Below, piece by piece: positions 18,226 to 26,885 of a stretch of DNA of 27,956 bases (within the stretch, counting starts at the first letter, position 1; the number at the start of each line of letters is the position of its first letter). A program made the position numbers and the translations under genes. Below the pieces are notes generated by a model. It was not told the origin of the DNA. It was given only the letters and a program-made list of their open reading frames with translations, and ran no database searches. Source of the DNA: a candidate division WOR-3 bacterium (GTDB taxonomy: Bacteria > Hydrothermota > Hydrothermia > Hydrothermales > Hydrothermaceae). The stretch is taken from contig JBDRZD010000022.1 in the NCBI GenBank assembly GCA_039803745.1, positions 1 through 27,956 on the forward strand, given 5' to 3'.

Positions 18226-19248
18226 TTAAACAAAAGAAAATTTTGGAAAACTCATGAGGATTAATGAAATATTTGCTCTTCTATTTATTGCGTCCTCCAG
18301 TTCTAATGTATCATAGTATTTTTTTTCAATTTCCTCTCTCCTTATTTTGTCCCTGTATCTTACATAAAACGGTAGCATTTCTTTAAATATTATATTATCT
18401 TCCTTTCCAATTTTTACATTTAAAAGATCCTTTAAGATAAATTGTAATATATTGCACATTAATATAAGGTCATCCCTTTTAATTTCGCCTTTCAATAAGT
18501 GGTATGGTGTTTTTTTCATCATAAGGATTTGAAGCATCCTCTTCTTTATATCTTCAATATCTTTTGAGATCATAAGTTTTGCTTTTCCAATGCTTCCTCC
18601 TGAAAGATTATAAAGATATTGAAGGTTATATAGTTTTGGGAATTTATATTTTGAAAATTCTTCAAAGGTTAAAGGAGAAAATGCTATTCTTTGTGTTCTT
18701 GATCTTATTGTTGGCAAGAGGAGTTCAGAATGAGAGGAGATAAGTATAAAAGTTATATAAGGGGGCGGCTCTTCAAGTGTTTTTAAGAATGCATTCTGTG
18801 CTTCTCTCCCCATTAGATCACCATCAAGAATGATGTAGAAAATCCTGTCTCCTTCTGATGGAGGGTAGATTATCTCCTCTTTAATCCTTCTTATTTGATT
18901 AATACTTATCACAAGACTTCTTGAAAAAGAATTTCCCCTGAGATTATCAGGATTTATGCTACCAGATTCTATTTCCTCTAAAATTTTTTCTTCAATTTCT
19001 TCTGGTAAAACAAGCCTTAAATTTGGAAAATTAAAATGATTTATCCTTTTGCAGTTTATACACTCATCACAGGGTTTATCTTCTTTTAAACAAAAATAGA
19101 TTTTAACAAATTCAAAAGCACACGTTGCTTTTCCTACACCTTCTGGGCCTGCAAAGAGAAAAGAAGAAGGTAATTTTTTAGAAATTAAAATTTTTTCAAG
19201 ATATTTTTTTGTTTCAGAATGTCCAATTGTTTTTTTGAAACTGATCAA
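18226..19248 (-). CDS. holB: DNA polymerase III clamp loader subunit delta'
   Basis: [11 protein letters not shown], Zn module C...[28 protein letters not shown] and [11 protein letters not shown] start overlaps the rplR stop (TTGA). Confidence 0.88.
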   Translation of the reverse strand: MISFKKTIGHSETKKYLEKILISKKLPSSFLFAGPEGVGKATCAFEFVKIYFCLKEDKPCDECINCKRINHFNFPNLRLVLPEEIEEKILEEIESGSINPDNLRGNSFSRSLVISINQIRRIKEEIIYPPSEGDRIFYIILDGDLMGREAQNAFLKTLEEPPPYITFILISSHSELLLPTIRSRTQRIAFSPLTFEEFSKYKFPKLYNLQYLYNLSGGSIGKAKLMISKDIEDIKKRMLQILMMKKTPYHLLKGEIKRDDLILMCNILQFILKDLLNVKIGKEDNIIFKEMLPFYVRYRDKIRREEIEKKYYDTLELEDAINRRANISLILMSFPKFSFV

Positions 19249-19622
19249 AATTCAAGTCCCCCTTCCCTTGCTCCCTCTGCTAATGCTTTTATTCTACCAT
19301 GATATTTATATCCTGCTCTATCAAAAACAACTTTTTTAATACCGAGTTTTGTAGCTCTTTCTGCTATAAGTTTACCTACTTCTTTAGCCTTTGCAACTTT
19401 TGTCTTTAAATTTTTAATTTTTTCCCTTATTTCAGGAGAGCAGGTTGAAGCACCTGTTAAAACTTTACATGAACCAAAAGGTGGGTCAATTACAATTTGA
19501 GCATATATGTGCTTTAAAGATTTATATACACACAACCTCGGTCTTTCTGGTGTGCCTATAACTTTTTTCCTTACCCTTAAATGTCTTCTTTTTCTTCTCA
19601 GGATTTTTTCTTCTCTTTGCAC
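19245..19622 (-). CDS. rplR: 50S ribosomal protein L18
   Basis: [45 protein letters not shown] start directly after the rplF stop. Confidence 0.97.
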   Translation of the reverse strand: MQREEKILRRKRRHLRVRKKVIGTPERPRLCVYKSLKHIYAQIVIDPPFGSCKVLTGASTCSPEIREKIKNLKTKVAKAKEVGKLIAERATKLGIKKVVFDRAGYKYHGRIKALAEGAREGGLEF

Positions 19623-20168
19623 TTATCCACCCCTTGTAACTGCAGCCTTTCCAGGTTTTAACCTTAATTTTTCATCCTCATATCTTATTCCTTTACCTTT
19701 ATATGGATCCGGCTCTTTAATTCTTCTTATTTCTGCTGCAACCTGTCCAACCTTTTGTTTATCAATACCTTCAACTATTATTTTGTTTCCCTGCACAGTT
19801 AATTTAATGCCTTGTGGAGGCGTATAATAAACAGGATGTGAATATCCGACATTTAGAGCAAGTTTATTACCTTCCATATTTACTTTATACCCCATTCCTT
19901 CAACAACAAGAACTTTTCTATAACCCTCTGTAACTCCTGCAATCATGTTTTTAATTATTTGTCTTGTTGTTCCATGGAGAGCCTTTAAAAGCTTTTCATC
20001 GCTTTTTCTTTCGACAACTATCTTTTTATCTATAACTTTTACCTCAATTTTTGGATGAAATTCAAAAGTTAGGACACCTTTTGGACCTTTAACACTTATT
20101 ACATTACCCTTTATTTCTATATTTACATTAGGGGGAATATCAACAGGAATTTTACCTATTTTTGACAT
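19623..20168 (-). CDS. rplF: 50S ribosomal protein L6
   Basis: MSKIGK start at ATG 20168 after SD AAAGGAGGT. KGPKG, GYSHPV and PDPYKGKGIRY. Confidence 0.97.
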   Translation of the reverse strand: MSKIGKIPVDIPPNVNIEIKGNVISVKGPKGVLTFEFHPKIEVKVIDKKIVVERKSDEKLLKALHGTTRQIIKNMIAGVTEGYRKVLVVEGMGYKVNMEGNKLALNVGYSHPVYYTPPQGIKLTVQGNKIIVEGIDKQKVGQVAAEIRRIKEPDPYKGKGIRYEDEKLRLKPGKAAVTRGG

Positions 20169-20179
20169 TTTTACCTCCT

Positions 20180-20572
20180 TTACCATACATAGCAGATCAC
20201 TTCTCCTCCTATTTTATTTTTTCTCGCCTCTCTATCAGTCAAAAGTCCTTTTGATGTAGAAATTATTGCAATTCCCAGTCCATTCATAACCCATGGTATT
20301 TCATCTTTATCCACATAAATTCTTCTTCCGGGTTTACTTATTCTTTTTAACTCTGTTATGGCATTTTTACCCTTATAAATTTTAAATTTAATTAAAATTT
20401 CCTTTTTAGGAATTTCCCCGATCACTTCATAATCTTCTATGAATCCTTCTCTTTTAAGTATTCCCGCAATTTTTTCTTTCATTTTTGAATGGGGAACTTT
20501 TACCTCTTTATGCCCGGCCATTATACTATTTTTAATTCTTGTAAGCATGTCTGCAATTGGATCAGTCATCAT
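20180..20572 (-). CDS. rpsH: 30S ribosomal protein S8
   Basis: [27 protein letters not shown] and GGEVICYVW. Confidence 0.98.
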   Translation of the reverse strand: MMTDPIADMLTRIKNSIMAGHKEVKVPHSKMKEKIAGILKREGFIEDYEVIGEIPKKEILIKFKIYKGKNAITELKRISKPGRRIYVDKDEIPWVMNGLGIAIISTSKGLLTDREARKNKIGGEVICYVW

Positions 20573-20573
20573 T

Positions 20574-20762
20574 TTACCAACTCGCTTTTTTTACACCAGG
20601 GATTTCACCCCTTACAGCAAGTTCCCTAAAACAAATTCTGCAAATTCCAAATTTTCTCAAATATCCTCTTGGTCTTCCACACCTTTTACATCTATTCCTT
20701 TTCCTTACCTTAAATTTTGGTTCTACAGTAAAAGCTCTTATAAATTTTGCTTTCCTTGCCAA
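20574..20762 (-). CDS. rpsN: 30S ribosomal protein S14, short Zn-binding (type Z) form
   Basis: RCKRCGRPR...ICRICFRE...[11 protein letters not shown] start after SD AGGAGGT. Confidence 0.97.
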   Translation of the reverse strand: MARKAKFIRAFTVEPKFKVRKRNRCKRCGRPRGYLRKFGICRICFRELAVRGEIPGVKKASW

Positions 20763-20772
20763 TTTTTACCTC

Positions 20773-21318
20773 CTATTTTCTTTTAAAAGGAAAACCAAGT
20801 TCTTCTAAAAGTCTCAATGCTTCGTAATCTGTCTTTGCTGTTGTGACTATTGCTATGTCCATTCCAAAATGAACCTTTACCTTATCTATATCAATTTCTG
20901 GAAAAACAACATGCTCATCAAGACCAAAATTATAATTGCCTCTTCCATCAAAGGAGTTTCTTGGTAAACCTCTAAAATCTCTTGTCCTTGGAAGGGCAAA
21001 AGTTATTAATTTATCAAGGAAAATATAACTTCTTTCCCCTCTTAATGTAACCTTGACTCCAATAGGCATACCCTTTCGGAGTTTAAAGGCTGCAACATGT
21101 TTTCTTGCTCTTCTTATTATAGGCCATTGACCTGCTATGAGAGAAAGGTCTTTTTGGACGGATTCAAGTAATTTTGGGTCCTGAACTGCTTCTCCAAAAC
21201 CCACATTTATTACTATTTTTTCAATCTTTGGAACTTGGTAAATATTTTTATAACCAAATTCCTTCATTAATTTTTTAACCACTTCTTTTTTATAATATTC
21301 TAAAAGCCTTGCAGCCAT
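20773..21318 (-). CDS. rplE: 50S ribosomal protein L5
   Basis: [32 protein letters not shown] and FDGRGNY. Confidence 0.98.
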   Translation of the reverse strand: MAARLLEYYKKEVVKKLMKEFGYKNIYQVPKIEKIVINVGFGEAVQDPKLLESVQKDLSLIAGQWPIIRRARKHVAAFKLRKGMPIGVKVTLRGERSYIFLDKLITFALPRTRDFRGLPRNSFDGRGNYNFGLDEHVVFPEIDIDKVKVHFGMDIAIVTTAKTDYEALRLLEELGFPFKRK

Positions 21319-21635
21319 TATTTTTCAACCGATTGTTTGCATTTTTTGCAATACCTTATCTTTCTTTCTCCTTCAAACCTGAAACCCACTCTTGTTCTTT
21401 CTCCACAATTAGGGCATATAAGTGCAAGATTTGAAATATGTAATGGTGCTTCCTTTTCTATTATTCCAGAAGGTTGTGTGGGTCCCCTAAACCTCTCATG
21501 TTTTTTAACAAGATTTACCTTTTCAACAATAGCCCTATTTTCTTTTGGAAATACTTTTATCACTTTCCCAACTTTCCCCTTTTCATCTCCGGAAATAACA
21601 ATCACTTGATCACCTTTTTTTATCTTTGCCGCCAT
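21318..21635 (-). CDS. rplX: 50S ribosomal protein L24 (with CxxC...CxxC)
   Basis: [20 protein letters not shown] motif, [12 protein letters not shown]...CKKC. SD GGAGGT upstream. Confidence 0.97.
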   Translation of the reverse strand: MAAKIKKGDQVIVISGDEKGKVGKVIKVFPKENRAIVEKVNLVKKHERFRGPTQPSGIIEKEAPLHISNLALICPNCGERTRVGFRFEGERKIRYCKKCKQSVEK

Positions 21636-21637
21636 TT

Positions 21638-21700
21638 TTAAACGACCTCCATTAAATCTTCCACTGGTGCATTTTTTATCTTTCTACAAATCTTTTTCAT
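21638..21700 (-). other. Possible 20-aa small ORF (MKKICRKIKNAPVEDLMEVV) in the rplN-rplX spacer
   Basis: ATG 21700 to TAA 21638 is open, but coding status is unproven. Confidence 0.2.
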
Positions 21701-21713
21701 CTTTTTGCCATTT

Positions 21714-22082
21714 TCAAACAACTTCCGGTGCAAGAGAAATTATTTTTGTAAATCTTTTATCTCTAAGTTCTTTTGCTACAGGTCCAAAAACTCTTGTTCC
21801 TTTTGGTTCTCCTGCCGTATCTATTATAACTGCTGCATTATCATCAAATCTTACACTTGTTCCATCTTTTCTTTTATATTCCTTTTTTGTTCTTACTATT
21901 ACTGCTCTTACTATATCTCCTTTTTTTACAGGGGCATTAGGTATAGCCTTTTTTACACTTGCAACCACAATATCACCTACATACCCATATCTTCTTTTAC
22001 TACCACCTAAAACCCTTATAACCATTATTTCCTGTGCACCTGTATTATCAGCAACCTTAAGTCTTGTTTGCTGCTGAATCAT
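21714..22082 (-). CDS. rplN: 50S ribosomal protein L14
   Basis: [31 protein letters not shown] and [13 protein letters not shown] overlap with rpsQ. Confidence 0.98.
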   Translation of the reverse strand: MIQQQTRLKVADNTGAQEIMVIRVLGGSKRRYGYVGDIVVASVKKAIPNAPVKKGDIVRAVIVRTKKEYKRKDGTSVRFDDNAAVIIDTAGEPKGTRVFGPVAKELRDKRFTKIISLAPEVV

Positions 22083-22336
22083 AATTCCTTTGCCCTTTTA
22101 ATAATCTCAACAACTCTCCACCTTTTAAGTTTTGAAAGGGGTCTTGTCTCCATTATTCTTACAACATCTCCTGTTTTACATTCATTATTCTCATCATGCA
22201 CATAATATTTTTTTCTTGCTCTAACTTCCTTTTTATATTTAGGATGAACAAAAATTCTTTCAACAAGCACAACTCGTGTTTTATCCATTTTATCACTTAT
22301 TACAACACCAATTCTCTCCTTTCTTTTATTTCTCAT
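22079..22336 (-). CDS. rpsQ: 30S ribosomal protein S17
   Basis: [40 protein letters not shown]. Confidence 0.98.
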   Translation of the reverse strand: MRNKRKERIGVVISDKMDKTRVVLVERIFVHPKYKKEVRARKKYYVHDENNECKTGDVVRIMETRPLSKLKRWRVVEIIKRAKEL

Positions 22337-22376
22337 TTAAGAACTCCAATTTTTTATTTAACTATTAAAGTTTTTA

Positions 22377-22418
22377 ATTATAAACAAATTATAAAAAATA
22401 AGTCAAATCCTTTATAAT
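22377..22418. promoter_or_regulatory. Promoter of the rpsQ-led operon and -10 box of the divergent antiporter gene
   Basis: Minus: TTGACT (22406-22401), 18 nt, TATAAT (22382-22377), with GGAG SD before rpsQ. Plus: TATAAT at 22413-22418, 8 nt before ATG 22427, no clear -35. Confidence 0.6.
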
Positions 22419-22426
22419 TATATTTT

Positions 22427-23584
22427 ATGGAATTTTTGTTTTCATTTTTTTTAACCCTTCCATGGATTTTTTTAAAATTGTTGAAAACAGAACTTCACCC
22501 CTTTTTAATAGCGATATTCAGTGGGCTTTGTATCGCAGGAGCAGCATACATATTAACAGTTGCAACAGAAAGTGCACAAATAGATTTTTCAAAATCTTTA
22601 TCTTTTGCCTTTCTTGCACTTCTTGCTGTTTTGCCTGAATACATTGTTGATTTTTATTTTGCATGGATGGCTCCAAAAAAGGGAGGTTATTCTTCCTATG
22701 CTCTTGCAAATATGACAGGAGCAAATAGGCTTTTAATAGGGGTTGGGTGGACACTTGTTATTTTTTTATTTGGAATAAAATATAAGAAAAAGACATTGAA
22801 ACTTGAAAAGACATTGGGTCTTGAATTAAAAACACTTTTGATTGCAACAATTTATGCTTTTATTTTGCCTTTTAAAAATTCTTTAAATTTGGTTGATTCT
22901 TTAATCTTTCTTATTATATTTTTCATATACCTTTCAAAGGCATCAAAATCCCATAAAGCGGAAATAGAGGAAACCCCGTTTTTAAAAAAATTAATTTTAA
23001 TGAAAAAATTAAAGAGACTATTTATTATATTTTTTCTATTTTTTTATGCAGGATTTTGTATACTTATTTCAGGGCATGAGTTTGCAGAATCACTTGTTAA
23101 AACAGGAAAGATTTTAAAAATTGAAGAATTTTTGCTTGTTCAATGGGTTGCTCCTCTTGCATCAGAGGCTCCTGAAATAATTGCAATGTGTATATTCGTG
23201 TTAAAAGGTAAGCCATCTTCTGGTTTTAATACACTTGTATCATCAAAAGTAAATCAATGGACCCTGCTTGTTGGAACACTTCCAATCGTTTATTCAATAT
23301 CTGCCTTATCTTTAAAAAGTGGTCTTCCTATTGATTTAAGACAAAAGGAAGAAATATTTTTAACTGCTGCTCAGAGCCTTTTCGCAATCATCCTTCTTGC
23401 AGATTTTGAGTTCAACATTTTTGAAGGTTTCTTACTCTTACTTTTATTTTTATCACAATTTATCTTCCCTCATCCAAAAATAAGAGTTTTAATAGGAATT
23501 TTATATATGATTTTAGCAATATTTTCCCTTTTTATAAAAAGTAAAAGGGAAGGTGTGAAGGAAAATTTTTTAAAAATTAAATGA
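22427..23584 (+). CDS. Cation/Ca2+ exchanger (CaCA, Na_Ca_ex) family antiporter
   Basis: About 11-12 TM segments in two halves separated by a charged loop. Alpha-repeat-like motifs AVLPE...ANMTGAN and PLASEAPE...SSKVNQWT. Confidence 0.8.
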   Translation: MEFLFSFFLTLPWIFLKLLKTELHPFLIAIFSGLCIAGAAYILTVATESAQIDFSKSLSFAFLALLAVLPEYIVDFYFAWMAPKKGGYSSYALANMTGANRLLIGVGWTLVIFLFGIKYKKKTLKLEKTLGLELKTLLIATIYAFILPFKNSLNLVDSLIFLIIFFIYLSKASKSHKAEIEETPFLKKLILMKKLKRLFIIFFLFFYAGFCILISGHEFAESLVKTGKILKIEEFLLVQWVAPLASEAPEIIAMCIFVLKGKPSSGFNTLVSSKVNQWTLLVGTLPIVYSISALSLKSGLPIDLRQKEEIFLTAAQSLFAIILLADFEFNIFEGFLLLLLFLSQFIFPHPKIRVLIGILYMILAIFSLFIKSKREGVKENFLKIK

Positions 23585-24531
23585 TTTCACCTTATGAAAT
23601 TTTCTTTTTAATTTATAAATATTTTTACTTGAAAATCCAAAAAAATTTCTATTTTCCTTCAATATGCACAGGAAGTCTTTTAATTGGAGGGGCAGGGAAG
23701 ACTCCCTTAACAATTAAAATAGTTGAATATCTAATAAATAAAAATAAAAAAGTTGCTGTGATATTAAGGGGGTATAAAAGAAAAATTAAAAAAGATATGA
23801 TAATAAAGGGAAATAATTATTCTCCTTACGAAATAGGAGATGAAGCATATCTTTATCTTAAAAGATTTGGTGAAAAAATTATAATAGGAATTTCCAAAAA
23901 AAGGGAAAAAATAATGGAAGAGATTAAGAAAAAATTTGATGTAGATATTTTTGTTCTTGATGATGCCTATCAATATTTAAATTATAGATTTTCAAAGAAT
24001 ATTTTAGTTTTACCATATAAAGTAATTTTTAAAAAAGAAAAATTTTTCCCCTTTGGAAAACTCCGTGAAGATTATAATGGGATAAAAAGGGCTGATATTT
24101 TAATAATAAATGAGAAATTTGATTATTTAAATGAAAAAGAAAGAAGGAGTTTAAAAAAAATTTTAAAAAAATTTGAAGTTAAAAATGTATATTTTATGAG
24201 GTATTGTTTAAAAGGTTTTAAAAATTATTATGGGAAAATATTTAATGAAAAAGAAATTAAAAATAAAAAAAATTTAGTTTTCTGCGGAATTGGTGATGCA
24301 AAAAGTTTTTTTGATTTTCTTCATAAAAAAAATATAAATATTAAAGAAAAAATAAAGTTCAGGGATCATCATTTTTATTCTGAAAAGGAAATTAAAGAAA
24401 TATTTTCAAAAAATTATGATTATTTTATAACAACTGAAAAGGATATAATTAAAATAAAAGAGCCTCCTGAATCACTCTTATACCCTGAAATTGATGTGGA
24501 AATTGACTCTGATTTTTATAATCTTATATAA
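23581..24531 (+). CDS. lpxK: Tetraacyldisaccharide (lipid A) 4'-kinase
   Basis: GGAGKTP Walker A, LRGYK, IGDEA, VLDDAYQ, PFGKLRE, FCGIG, FRDHH and TTEKD. Confidence 0.85.
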   Translation: MISPYEIFFLIYKYFYLKIQKNFYFPSICTGSLLIGGAGKTPLTIKIVEYLINKNKKVAVILRGYKRKIKKDMIIKGNNYSPYEIGDEAYLYLKRFGEKIIIGISKKREKIMEEIKKKFDVDIFVLDDAYQYLNYRFSKNILVLPYKVIFKKEKFFPFGKLREDYNGIKRADILIINEKFDYLNEKERRSLKKILKKFEVKNVYFMRYCLKGFKNYYGKIFNEKEIKNKKNLVFCGIGDAKSFFDFLHKKNINIKEKIKFRDHHFYSEKEIKEIFSKNYDYFITTEKDIIKIKEPPESLLYPEIDVEIDSDFYNLI

Positions 24532-24532
24532 T
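24503..24532 (+). promoter_or_regulatory. Internal promoter in the lpxK 3' end, near-leaderless for the acyl-CoA ligase
   Basis: TTGACT (24503-24508), 18 nt, TATAAT (24527-24532), 8 nt to ATG 24541, no SD. Confidence 0.5.
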
Positions 24533-24540
24533 TTAGCATT

Positions 24541-26259
24541 ATGAAAGGAAGAGAAATACCTGTAGAAAATTATAATAAAATAGTTGATATTTTAACTTTT
24601 TGTGCCAAAAGATATCCTGACAGAATCGCAATGAGGATGAGAAAGGAGAATGTGTTTTATGAGGTTACCTATTCAGAACTTCTTGAAAATGTAAAAAAAA
24701 TTGCTGGCTATCTAAAATCAAAAAGATTTAAAAAGGGCGAAAGGGCAGCAGTTTTAGGTGAAAATAGACCTGAATGGGGAATGTGCCATTTAGGAATTTT
24801 ATGGGCAGGTGGGATAGTTGTTCCTTTGGATTCAAGAGCAACTTCTTCTGAATGGGCTCATATAATGAGGCATTCAGAATCAAAATTTTTGTTTGTTTCA
24901 TCAAGGTTTTATGATGAAATTGTAGAAGTTAAAGATGATATTCCAGAACTTAAAGAAATAATTTCTTTTGATTCAGAAAATCCAGAGCCAAATTTACCAT
25001 TTATATTTAGTGAAATAAAAGAGATGGATAAACCAGAGGAATTAAAAAGAGATGATGTTGCTTTGATATTATATACCTCAGGAACAACAGGACTTCCAAA
25101 AGGAATAATGCTTACCCATGACAATATCCTTTCAAATATTGAAATGATGTTAAAAGTTCTTGATGTTGACGAAAATGATGTTTTCTTCTCAATTTTACCA
25201 ATACATCATGTTTTTGAGGGAACCTGTGGATTCTTAGCACCTTTAACAATTGGCTGTGAAATATTTTATGCTCGTTCTTTAAAATCAAAAGAATTATTAG
25301 AAGATTTAAAAACAGCAAGACCAACAATATTTTTAGTTGTTCCTCTTTTACTTGAAAAATTACTCATGGGAATAAATAAAAATGTGAGAAAAGCAAATAT
25401 TATAAAAAAAGGAATGTTCTATTCGTTAAAAGGATTATCAAAGATGTTTCAACTTACAGGTAATAAAAGGGTTTCTCATCTTTTATTTAAAAAAGTAAGG
25501 AGTGAACTCGGGCTTGATAGATTAAAATATTTGATTTCAGGAGGTGCTGCACTTCCGAGATGGATATCAAGAGAATATGAACTTATGGGATTTCCAATCT
25601 ATCAGGGTTATGGGCTTTCTGAAACTTCACCTGTTGTAAGTGTAAATCTGCCCGGTAAATGTAAGAATGAATCTGTTGGTCCACCACTCCCAGGTGTTGA
25701 GGTGAAGATATTTGACCCTGACCCTGAGGGAGTAGGTGAGATAGGGGTAAAAGGGAAAATAGTGATGAAAGGATATTATAAGAATGAAGAGGCAACAAAA
25801 AAAGTTTTCAGGGGTGAGTGGTTTTTAACAGGTGATATGGGTAAGGTTGATAAGGATGGATTTTTATATATTACAGGAAGAAAGAAATCTGTTATTGTAA
25901 CAAAAGGTGGCAAGAATATATATCCTGAAGAGATTGAAGAAAAACTTTTACAGTCTCCATTTATAAAAGAAGTTCTTGTTCTCGCAAGAATTCATCCAAA
26001 AACAAAAGTAGAAGAAATCCATGCCATAATTTATCCTGATTTTGAATTTCTTGATGAATGGTCAAAGGAAAAGGAGATTGAAATTACAGATGAAAAACTT
26101 AATAAAATAATAGAAGAGGAGATTGAAAAGATAAATAAAGAACTTGCCGATTATAAAAGGGTAAGAAGTTTCTCAATAAGGGAAGAAGAATTTCCAAAAA
26201 CAACAACCCAGAAAATAAAAAGATATTTATTTGAACAGGGAGGAATTGAAATAACTTGA
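24541..26259 (+). CDS. fadD: Long-chain fatty acid-CoA ligase (AMP-binding, FadD/FAA1-like)
   Basis: YTSGTTGLPKG, LPIHH, SGGAAL, QGYGLSE, TGDMG, TGRKK, GKNIYPEEIE and PKTTTQKIKR. Confidence 0.88.
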   Translation: MKGREIPVENYNKIVDILTFCAKRYPDRIAMRMRKENVFYEVTYSELLENVKKIAGYLKSKRFKKGERAAVLGENRPEWGMCHLGILWAGGIVVPLDSRATSSEWAHIMRHSESKFLFVSSRFYDEIVEVKDDIPELKEIISFDSENPEPNLPFIFSEIKEMDKPEELKRDDVALILYTSGTTGLPKGIMLTHDNILSNIEMMLKVLDVDENDVFFSILPIHHVFEGTCGFLAPLTIGCEIFYARSLKSKELLEDLKTARPTIFLVVPLLLEKLLMGINKNVRKANIIKKGMFYSLKGLSKMFQLTGNKRVSHLLFKKVRSELGLDRLKYLISGGAALPRWISREYELMGFPIYQGYGLSETSPVVSVNLPGKCKNESVGPPLPGVEVKIFDPDPEGVGEIGVKGKIVMKGYYKNEEATKKVFRGEWFLTGDMGKVDKDGFLYITGRKKSVIVTKGGKNIYPEEIEEKLLQSPFIKEVLVLARIHPKTKVEEIHAIIYPDFEFLDEWSKEKEIEITDEKLNKIIEEEIEKINKELADYKRVRSFSIREEEFPKTTTQKIKRYLFEQGGIEIT

Positions 26260-26885
26260 AATTAAGGGAATTAATTCTGATTTTAATAATATTGATAATT
26301 ATAACCATTTTCTTTTTATATAATAAATTTTATGTTTCTCCTTTAAAAAATTATGTTTTAGAACTTGAAAAGGAAAGAGAGGTTTTAACTGAGAAAATTT
26401 CAAAAGAACTTTCTTCTTTAATTGAGACTTTTCCAAAAGAAGAAAGAGAAACAGTTCCTGCGGTTTTTGAAGAGGCAAAAAGAATTTTATCAGGTGAGTT
26501 CTCTTTAAGAGAAGAAAGAAATAAATTAGAAATAGAGATTTTAACTGACGAGATATTTGAGCCCGGTGGATATAAGATATCAAAAAAAGGGGAAGAAAAA
26601 CTTTCAAAACTTTACGAATTTTTAAATAAAATAAATTTTAAAGAAATTGAAGTTGGTGTTCATACAGATAGAATACCGGTTAAATCAAAAGAAGATCTGT
26701 TTCCAACAAACTGGGAACTCTCTGCAAGGAGAGCAACCGAGATTTTAAGATATCTTGTTCAAAAAGGAATTCCAGAGGAAAAAATTTATGCTTCTGCTTA
26801 TGGAAATTCAAGACCTGTTGAAAAATCTTTAAAAATAGAACTCCAAAAGAAAAATAGAAGAGCAGTTTTCAAAATAATTTTTTGA
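26256..26885 (+). CDS. Membrane-anchored OmpA/MotB-family peptidoglycan-binding protein
   Basis: N-terminal TM and coiled segment, then F.PG, HTDRIP, FPTNWELSARRA, AYGNSRP and NRR. TTG start overlaps the fadD stop (TTGA). Confidence 0.82.
   Translation: MKLRELILILIILIIITIFFLYNKFYVSPLKNYVLELEKEREVLTEKISKELSSLIETFPKEERETVPAVFEEAKRILSGEFSLREERNKLEIEILTDEIFEPGGYKISKKGEEKLSKLYEFLNKINFKEIEVGVHTDRIPVKSKEDLFPTNWELSARRATEILRYLVQKGIPEEKIYASAYGNSRPVEKSLKIELQKKNRRAVFKIIF

Noticed and set aside
3381..20186. Longer track starts at 3416, 4395, 17080, 18233 and 20186
   Set aside because: SD position, promoter position, signal peptide or conserved N-termini favour 3380, 4404, 17047, 18212 and 20168.
21680..21716. 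TGA recoding (selenocysteine or alternative code) at rplN or other genes
   Set aside because: TGA falls at the expected C-termini of conserved proteins (L14, L18, TldD), Trp is encoded by TGG, and read-through of rplN adds only a few residues before TAG.
83..26607. Short track ORFs of 60-136 aa (e.g. 83-277, 806-991, 6657-7010, 10314-10637, 19507-19827, 21667-22077, 26299-26607)
   Set aside because: All lie antisense or out of frame within well-supported genes and have no recognisable motifs. They are shadow ORFs.
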